From positions 1-64,000 of the IMG/VR virus record IMGVR_UViG_2933206877_000003: a stretch of DNA of 64,000 bases; one strand, 5' to 3'. The first letter of the stretch is position 1. Every line of letters begins with the position of its first letter. The position numbers and the translations under genes are program-made. Source of the stretch: a virus (Duplodnaviria > Caudoviricetes). The notes beneath the pieces are model-generated. The model had not been told where the DNA came from and did not search any database. It worked only from the letters and a program-made list of their open reading frames with translations. Positions 58,067-64,000 of this stretch are shown here, one piece after another.

Positions 58067-58233
58067 TGCTCTCCCGCCCCTCGGCCGTGGCGGAAGCCGA
58101 GGCGGATGCAGATGGCGCCGACGGTGACGACGGCCAGGGCGGCGGCGAGCAGCCACCAGCCGGTGACGGCGACTCCGCCGACGACGAGGACTCCGGCGGT
58201 GCCGGTGCGGGCGAGCTGTGCGTTGTCGGACAC
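58063..58233 (-). CDS. Tiny membrane peptide with LAxTG motif
   Basis: GTG start after GAAAGAGAA; LARTG, hydrophobic stretch, basic tail; 4-nt overlap with the GT2. Confidence 0.6.
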   Translation of the reverse strand: MSDNAQLARTGTAGVLVVGGVAVTGWWLLAAALAVVTVGAICIRLGFRHGRGAGEQ

Positions 58234-58243
58234 GGGTTCTCTT

Positions 58244-58919
58244 TCAGGGCTGCTGGTGGTCGGGGTCGTGCGTGCCGAGCGCGCCGATGGCGCGGCAGGT
58301 GCTGAGGTCGTCTGATCTGGCACGGCGCCGGGTGCGGCGCGAGCGGGCCCGGGCGGCCAGGTCGTCGCTCGCGGCGAGCATGCCGAGGGCGCAGACCACG
58401 ACCAGGGCCAGGCCGAAGGAGCCGATGGCGCCCCCGACGGCGGCCACGATGAGGACCTGGAGCGGCGTCATCGCTGCCTCCGCTGCCGGGTGGCGGCGTA
58501 GATCGAGTAGGTGGCGCCTCCGGCGCACATGGCGCCGCTGACGAGGAAGGAGAGCGCCCACAGCCGCAGGTCGCGGTAGGCGGCGTCGAGGCCGCCGAGC
58601 AGGCACGCGAGGGCAAGCAGCGTGCAGAACCAGTGGTCGGCCAGGCCGAAGCAGAGGCCTGCGACGGCGGCCAGGGCGATGCCGATCGCGATCAGGCTCA
58701 GGGTGGACATGGGGTGCCTCGGGTGGGGTTGTAGTTGTCGATGGGCGGGAGGGTGTCGATGTCGCGGATGCGGCCTCGGAGGATGACCGCTCGGCCTTCG
58801 GCGATGTCGTCGGCTGTGCGGAGGTCGTCTTCGTCTGGCTCGTCTTCCGCGCAGGGGCAGTAGCCGTGGGCGTCGCAACCGCCGTGCGGGCAGATGAAGC
58901 GGGCGGGTTGCTCGGTCAC
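58244..58919 (-). CDS. Three small genes (58244-58471 and 58468-58710 membrane proteins; 58698-58919 Cys-rich)
   Basis: Coupled ORFs with TM segments or Cys clusters. Confidence 0.5.
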
Positions 58920-59623
58920 GACGCTCTGGCCGCTGCGTTGGGGATGAGGCCGAGGCGCTCACACACGCGCTGGACGGATGGCACGCTGACGGCCATGGCG
59001 CGAGCGATGGCGATATCGCTCAGCCCGGACGCCCACAGGCTGTAGACCCGCCGCTCGTGTGGCGTTTCACCGCGGGACTTCGGGCGGGGCTTGCTGCTCG
59101 CCTGTGTGCTCCGGGTCGGTGCAACCACGCGGGGTGCGGCGGCCTTCTTCTTCGGCGCGATGACCTTTCTCTTCGTGCTGGACCGCCTGTTGGCGGCGCC
59201 TGTGGCCTGGCTGAGGCGCTCGCGGCGTACTTCGGCGCTCCAGCATGTGGAGTCGACGCGCTCCCCGAACCACAGGTGCCGGAGCAGGGCGGTGTATGTA
59301 CCGCAGTCCGGGGCCGGCCCGGTGAAGACGAGGGCAGGCTTGTCGCTGTGGCCGGGGGCGCTGGCGTCGAGACGCCAGCGTTCGTGCGCGGTGAGTCCGG
59401 CGACGACTCCGTCGCGGCGGACCTCGGCCTGGCCGTTCTCCAGGTTCTTCACGTTGGCCAGGCAGGCGGTGCGCACGGGGCAGCGCACGGCGCAGATGAG
59501 GCGCGCGTTGTGCTCGTGCTCCTGGTTGGAGAATGTGTCCGGGTCCTCGGTGCGGCAGGCCATGTGTGCCATCCAGTCGAGGCGGTGGCCCCCGGTGTCG
59601 GGTACTGATCCGGTGTAGGCCAT
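58916..59623 (-). CDS. WhiB family regulator with C-terminal HTH
   Basis: W...ACR..DPD.F...A..IC..RCPVR..CL...GV.AGLT..ER; C-terminal GLSDIAIARAMAVS..SV.R. Confidence 0.85.
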   Translation of the reverse strand: MAYTGSVPDTGGHRLDWMAHMACRTEDPDTFSNQEHEHNARLICAVRCPVRTACLANVKNLENGQAEVRRDGVVAGLTAHERWRLDASAPGHSDKPALVFTGPAPDCGTYTALLRHLWFGERVDSTCWSAEVRRERLSQATGAANRRSSTKRKVIAPKKKAAAPRVVAPTRSTQASSKPRPKSRGETPHERRVYSLWASGLSDIAIARAMAVSVPSVQRVCERLGLIPNAAARAS

Positions 59624-59626
59624 GGC

Positions 59627-59992
59627 TCACTCCGCGGTCTTCCGGCTGCCCTTGGCGGCTTTGCGGATGGTGACCTTGCGGTCGCGGCGGCGGACGGCGT
59701 CGGCGAGGTGGTCGGAGACCCGCAGTCGGACGACCTGGTGGGCGGCTGAGGTGAACGTCTCCCCGGTCTGGGGGTTGCGGCGCGTGGCCCGCTTGACGCG
59801 GTGCGAGATGAACGTGACGAAGTTGGTGATCGCCACGTCGTGACCGGTCGCGTTGGCACGGGCGATGACGTCGAAGGTGGTCATGATCGTGTCGCGGACG
59901 GCGCTCGGAGTGGTGCCGAGGTCCGCGGCGACCGCCTCGATCAGCTTGGTGGTGTTCAGCCGCTCGGTGATACGGGTGGGCTGGTTCGGCAT
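59627..59992 (-). CDS. HU family DNA-binding protein
   Basis: LN...LI.AVA...V.ITNF.TF...RNPQTGE...L.DAV. Confidence 0.88.
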   Translation of the reverse strand: MPNQPTRITERLNTTKLIEAVAADLGTTPSAVRDTIMTTFDVIARANATGHDVAITNFVTFISHRVKRATRRNPQTGETFTSAAHQVVRLRVSDHLADAVRRRDRKVTIRKAAKGSRKTAE

Positions 59993-60043
59993 ACGAAGCT
60001 CCAGGAGTTGGAGCGCGGGGCAGCGACGCCGCCCCGCGCGGTG

Positions 60044-60613
60044 TCAGTGCTTGGGGGCGTCGAGCTGGGGGACGCTGGCGTAGAGCTTGATCGGCTGGCT
60101 GCTCACCAGGAATGGCTGGTCGGTCTCGACGAGCGTCCCGTTCGTGGTGAAGAAGAACACCCCGCCCTCGCCGCCCTCGTCGGGGCCGTAGGAGCCGTCG
60201 TCGCCGATGGCGTTGTTGGTGCAGGTGATGTTGTCGCCGCCGTAGCCGCAGTGGACGTTGACCTGGGTGGAGGTCATCTGCGAGCTGGTCGAGGAGACCT
60301 TGCCGCGGATGACGTAGTAGCCGATGACCTTGTCGGTCATCCCCGCGAACACATAGACGTAGTTGGTGTTGCCCTTGGAGTTGTACTGGGTGAGGCGCCG
60401 GGCCAGGTTCTTGCGCTCCAGCGGGTCGGAGGGCATCCCGTTCGCGTACGGGTACGGCACGGCCTGGTTGAACTTCTGGGCGGTGCCGGCGGCGAGGTCG
60501 TTCTGCTTGGCCTGCTGCTTGCTGGCGTTGTTGTCGCTGGTGCAGCCGGCGAGCGCGAGCAGGGCGGCTGCCAGAGCGACGGCGGCCGCGCGGCGACGGT
60601 AGGTGGTGGGCAT
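60044..60613 (-). CDS. Lipoprotein
   Basis: Lipobox LAGC; LERKNL...GKVSS...DGSYG...FFFT. Confidence 0.75.
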   Translation of the reverse strand: MPTTYRRRAAAVALAAALLALAGCTSDNNASKQQAKQNDLAAGTAQKFNQAVPYPYANGMPSDPLERKNLARRLTQYNSKGNTNYVYVFAGMTDKVIGYYVIRGKVSSTSSQMTSTQVNVHCGYGGDNITCTNNAIGDDGSYGPDEGGEGGVFFFTTNGTLVETDQPFLVSSQPIKLYASVPQLDAPKH

Positions 60614-60616
60614 GGG

Positions 60617-61060
60617 TCAGCTCCCGCAGTAGGAGTCGGAGTCGATGCGTGCAGGCAGGCCCTCGGGCACCCAGGGCGCGCCGAGGGTCGAGGCGGCGTC
60701 GGCGTTGTACTGGGCGACGTCCTGGAGGCAGTTGTTCTGGGCGCCCAGGTAGTTGGCCTGGTCCTGGCCGGTGGCGCTTTCGGCGTCGGCCTGGTGCTTG
60801 AGGGTGGCGACGATGCCCTGGTCGGCCTGGATCTGCTGGAACTCGGCGTTGAACGTGGCGGACCAGTGCTCGCGGTTCTTCGCGCCGTTCTGGTCACGGC
60901 GGACGTCGCCGGCGCCCTTGGCGCCGGAGGTGAAGACGCCGAAGGCCCACAGGAGCGAAGCCACGATCAGGGCGACGGTGAGGGTGGCGATCACGAGGAC
61001 GGTGCCGGCGCCGAGTCCGGTGGCGGCGTCGCCGACGTCGCGGCGTGTGATGCGGGGCAA
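60617..61060 (-). CDS. Membrane-anchored protein
   Basis: N-terminal TM helix; C...V..YNA...LP..I...C. Confidence 0.65.
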   Translation of the reverse strand: MPRITRRDVGDAATGLGAGTVLVIATLTVALIVASLLWAFGVFTSGAKGAGDVRRDQNGAKNREHWSATFNAEFQQIQADQGIVATLKHQADAESATGQDQANYLGAQNNCLQDVAQYNADAASTLGAPWVPEGLPARIDSDSYCGS

Positions 61061-61133
61061 GGCTTCTCCTTACGTGAGGGTCAACCGCAGATGCAGTGGA
61101 CGCGCCTGCATCGGTGGCAGACGGGGACGCCGT

Positions 61134-61889
61134 TCATGGCAGGAGCCGCTTGTGCCGGGCTGCGGTCAGCCACGTACCGAAGTCGCGGGTGATGCCGTCG
61201 TAGAGCGCGCTGTCGGGCAGTCCGGACGGGTTGGCCCCGGCGTGGAAGTACGAGGCGTTGTCGACGAGGCGGCCGCCCATCTGCTTGAGCTGTCGAAGGA
61301 AGCCGACCTCGGACCGGCCGAACCCGACGAACGACCAGAAGATCGGCAGCTTCGACGCCTGGGCGAGCTGGAGTCGGGCGGCGTCCTTGTCCTGGGGGTC
61401 GCCGTCGGTTTGGAAGATGACCAGGGCCGGGTCCGTGGCGCCGCTGTGCATGTAGTGCTCGATGACCATGGTCATCGCGATTGCGTACTGGGTACCGCCC
61501 ATCGTGGCTTCGCCGCCGTGCAGCCGGTGTTGGTAGTCCACGACGCCCTGGTAGCGATCAAGGCTGATGTCCACCAGCGGGTAGGGGCGGCTGTCGAAGA
61601 ACACCATGGGCACGGTGCCGTCGTCGTCGAGGTTCGCGGACAGACCCAGGGCCTGGTCGGCGAGGTTCTGTACGGCGCTGCTGCTGAAGTAGTCCTTCAT
61701 CGAGTACGAGCGGTCGATGACCAGATACACGGCGGCCCGCTGTCCAGCGGGCACGCCCGCCTTGGCCAGCGAGACGCCGGCGGTCTTCACGAGCGAGACG
61801 AGTCCGGCCGGGACACCGACCGTGGCCGGCGCCTGGGCGACCGCGGGCTCTGCCGGGGTGGTCGAGGACTTCTTGAAGCGATCGAACAC
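61134..61889 (-). CDS. vWA domain protein (TerF-vWA-like)
   Basis: LVIDRSYSM, LDDDG, GGT.Y, FQTDG, PIFW.FVG.G, R.VDNA. Confidence 0.85.
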   Translation of the reverse strand: MFDRFKKSSTTPAEPAVAQAPATVGVPAGLVSLVKTAGVSLAKAGVPAGQRAAVYLVIDRSYSMKDYFSSSAVQNLADQALGLSANLDDDGTVPMVFFDSRPYPLVDISLDRYQGVVDYQHRLHGGEATMGGTQYAIAMTMVIEHYMHSGATDPALVIFQTDGDPQDKDAARLQLAQASKLPIFWSFVGFGRSEVGFLRQLKQMGGRLVDNASYFHAGANPSGLPDSALYDGITRDFGTWLTAARHKRLLP

Positions 61890-61966
61890 GGGTACTTCTC
61901 CTTGCGGTGGTGGTACCGCCCGCCGTCGGGGCCGGTGACATCCGCGGCGGCGGGCGGTGGCTCGGG

Positions 61967-62936
61967 TCAGGCGCTCGCGCGCCAGGCGGTGGCGGTCTGG
62001 TCGGCGAACTCCTGCACGCCGTCGGGTAGCGCGCTTGCGTCGTCGGCCGGGGACGGCCCCAGATGCAGCGACCGCATCGCGTGAGCGTTGTCGAGAGCGG
62101 CGCGGAGTTCGGTGATCTGCCGCCTCAGACCCGCGGTCTCCTGGAGGTGCCGACCCTCGGCCTGCTCCAGCAGGGCGGACAGCTCACCGCGGTCCACCTC
62201 CAGGCCGGCGATGTACTGCCCGGCACCGGCCAGCTGGTGGCGGGCCTGGCGAAGTTCGTCCCGCAGCTGGCGACTGGTGATCCTGCGGGCGCCGCTGCCT
62301 TCGAAGGCCTTTCGCGCGGCCTCGATCGGGCCGTAGCCGTAGCGGACGGCCACGACCACGGCACCGGCGCCGAGACCGCTGACACCGAGGAACAGGTAGG
62401 CGATCACGCTGCCCCCTCGACGGGTGCCTGCGGAAGGCTGCCGAAGGGCTGCTCCGGGTCGAAACGCGCTGGGCCGGTGCGCTCGCGCAGTTCTCGGTCG
62501 GCTGCCTCGTTCGCGGCCTGGAGGTCGGCCAGGCGCCGCTCCAAGCTGCGGTTGCGGGCTTCCGAGGTGGCAAGTTGGACGCGGAGCCGGTTGGCCTGCG
62601 CGTCGCTGAGGCGGTGCCGCCAGCGGCGGATGAGGCTCGGGGCGGTCACTCGGCACCGTCCTGAATCTCGCTCACGTGCACCAGGTGTCCGAACCCTCGG
62701 TCGCACCTGCCGTAGATGACCTGGTTGTCGGTGGGCAGACTGCCTTCCGCCGATCGCATCGCGTAGGCGAGCGATGCCGGGTGACCTTGGTAGGTCATCC
62801 ACGACTGGCCGAAGACCCGGTCGTGCCAGTCCTCCAGCCGGATCTGAAGCTGCTCGGTGCCCGAGTAGGTGAAGAGCGGGGCGGCGGGCTGAACCGTGAC
62901 GGTCTGCCCGGCCAGCGGGTGGGGTGCGTCGTGCAT
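61967..62936 (-). CDS. Three hypothetical genes (61967-62407, 62404-62649, 62646-62936)
   Basis: Coupled ORFs; two are coiled-coil; 62646-62936 has HPLAG.TV...EDW.DRV.G.SW...YG....GHLVH.SE. Confidence 0.55.
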
Positions 62937-62938
62937 GG

Positions 62939-64000
62939 TCAGTGGCCTCTGCTGGTGGTCGAGTCGATGCGGCGGGAGAAGGCGTCGAGGTCCTCGGTCA
63001 GGCCCGAGGTGAGCGACTCGCGGACGTCGTCGCGTGGGAATGCGTCGTGGGTACGGCCGTCGAGCTGCCGTCCGGCAGCGCTCTTGCCGACGCGGACGGC
63101 GATGGTGTCGGCGTCGAGCATCACGGTGCGGCGGGTACGGTCGCCGGGCCGCATGAGCCGAGTGGAGCCACCGCGGAAGTCCGTACCGCGCTCGCGGATC
63201 GTCGCGGAGTGGCGGCCGCCGAGGGGGCTGTCGTACGCCCGGCCTCCCGCGTACTCCGGATCGTCCACGACCGGGGCACTGAGGTACTCGCCCCACTGCT
63301 TGAAGAAGAACGGCACGCCCGCCTGCTGGCATTCGTCGCGCAGATCACGCGCCGACTGCGGGTGCATGGGCCTGGCCCGGGGCCCGGATTCGCCGCCCAC
63401 GATGACCCAGTCGATCCGCGTGCAGCGGTCGTCGTGGTGATGGTGAGGCGATCGAGGGCAGCCCGCAGTGCCGACGCCGTGGTGCGCGCCGTGGCATCCG
63501 CGCTGGCCCGCCGCCGCAACCAAGTTGACCGGGCTTAGCAGCGGCTCGCAGCTGAGGAATCGAATAGCGGCCGGAGTCTCCAGCAGGGCCGGGATCCGAA
63601 TGTCTGCCCACCGCTGGTTCTCAACGGACACCCCGAGCCAGATGTTGGCCGGCGGCCCCGCGGCGCGCGCCCGAGCGTCTCGGGCTGCGGGGCTGTTGCG
63701 CATAGCCTCGGTCGGGCACTGGTCGAACTTGGCCGCGTACTCCTGCTTGGCCCTCTGCCGGGCCTGCATGAAGGACCGCATCCGGGCGTGCCGCTTGGTG
63801 AGGACGAGGAAGGTGTGGCGACGGTTCAACCCGGCTTCCATCACGTCGAAGATCCGGGTGATGAACTGGTCCGGCACGCTGTCGTGGAAGAGGTCGGACA
63901 TCGAGTTCACGAAGACCCGGCCGGGCTTCTTCCATCGGTACGGCTGGTCAAGGCGGTCATCGTGCAGGGTCACCTTGAAGCCGTCGGGGAAGGCCTTCGA
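62939..64000 (-). CDS. DUF5131 (phage Gp37/Gp68) family protein, 5' end outside the window
   Basis: FVNSMSDLFH, LTKR, N.WLGVSVENQ, RFLSCEPLL, WVIVGGESG..ARPM, PFFFKQWG. Confidence 0.92.
   Translation of the reverse strand, partial: SKAFPDGFKVTLHDDRLDQPYRWKKPGRVFVNSMSDLFHDSVPDQFITRIFDVMEAGLNRRHTFLVLTKRHARMRSFMQARQRAKQEYAAKFDQCPTEAMRNSPAARDARARAAGPPANIWLGVSVENQRWADIRIPALLETPAAIRFLSCEPLLSPVNLVAAAGQRGCHGAHHGVGTAGCPRSPHHHHDDRCTRIDWVIVGGESGPRARPMHPQSARDLRDECQQAGVPFFFKQWGEYLSAPVVDDPEYAGGRAYDSPLGGRHSATIRERGTDFRGGSTRLMRPGDRTRRTVMLDADTIAVRVGKSAAGRQLDGRTHDAFPRDDVRESLTSGLTEDLDAFSRRIDSTTSRGH

Larger units (their letters stand above)
1..64000 (-). mobile_element. Siphovirus-type prophage (HK97-like head), both ends outside or not identifiable in the window
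   Basis: Co-oriented, overlapping minus-strand genes in canonical order: terminase, portal, protease, capsid, connectors, tail tube, chaperone, tape measure, minor tail, endolysin/holin, with early small ORFs upstream. No integrase or att seen. The 1-3.1 kb module may lie inside or just outside the prophage. Confidence 0.93.

Noticed and set aside
62939-64000. DUF5131 as part of a DNA modification system
   Set aside because: The gene is truncated by the window and no partner genes are visible, so the claim cannot be supported.

Overview
High-GC actinobacterial DNA, most consistent with Streptomyces, made up almost entirely of one HK97-type siphovirus prophage read on the minus strand. From right to left it carries early/accessory genes (about 64-31.4 kb), HNH-terminase-portal-protease-capsid, head-tail and tail genes (including a -1 frameshifted tail chaperone and a tape measure protein with a transglycosylase domain), and a lysis cassette. 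Downstream of lysis sit a Ro60/TROVE gene with three tandem tRNA-like Y RNAs and an XRE-DUF6415-graspetide precursor module that is cut by the window edge. No integrase, att site or replication genes are visible. The most striking signal is a tRNA-centred toolkit. The three Y RNAs each read as a complete circularly permuted tRNA with a different anticodon-like loop (GUU, GCU, UGG). Two unusual tRNA genes have anticodons UAU (Ile, reads AUA) and UAA (reads the bldA-controlled UUA codon, on a short-variable-arm body). The phage also encodes a Thg1-like 3'-5' polymerase, two HAD phosphatases of RNA-repair type and an RlaP-like nucleotidyltransferase. Other cargo includes a glycosyltransferase, methyltransferase and SGNH esterase next to the capsid gene, a hyaluronan-synthase-like GT2 with a tiny LAxTG peptide, and a HEPN-motif gene. 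All family calls come from motif recognition by eye and no database search was run. Several starts were moved from the ORF track to the codon that best fits RBS or gene overlap.
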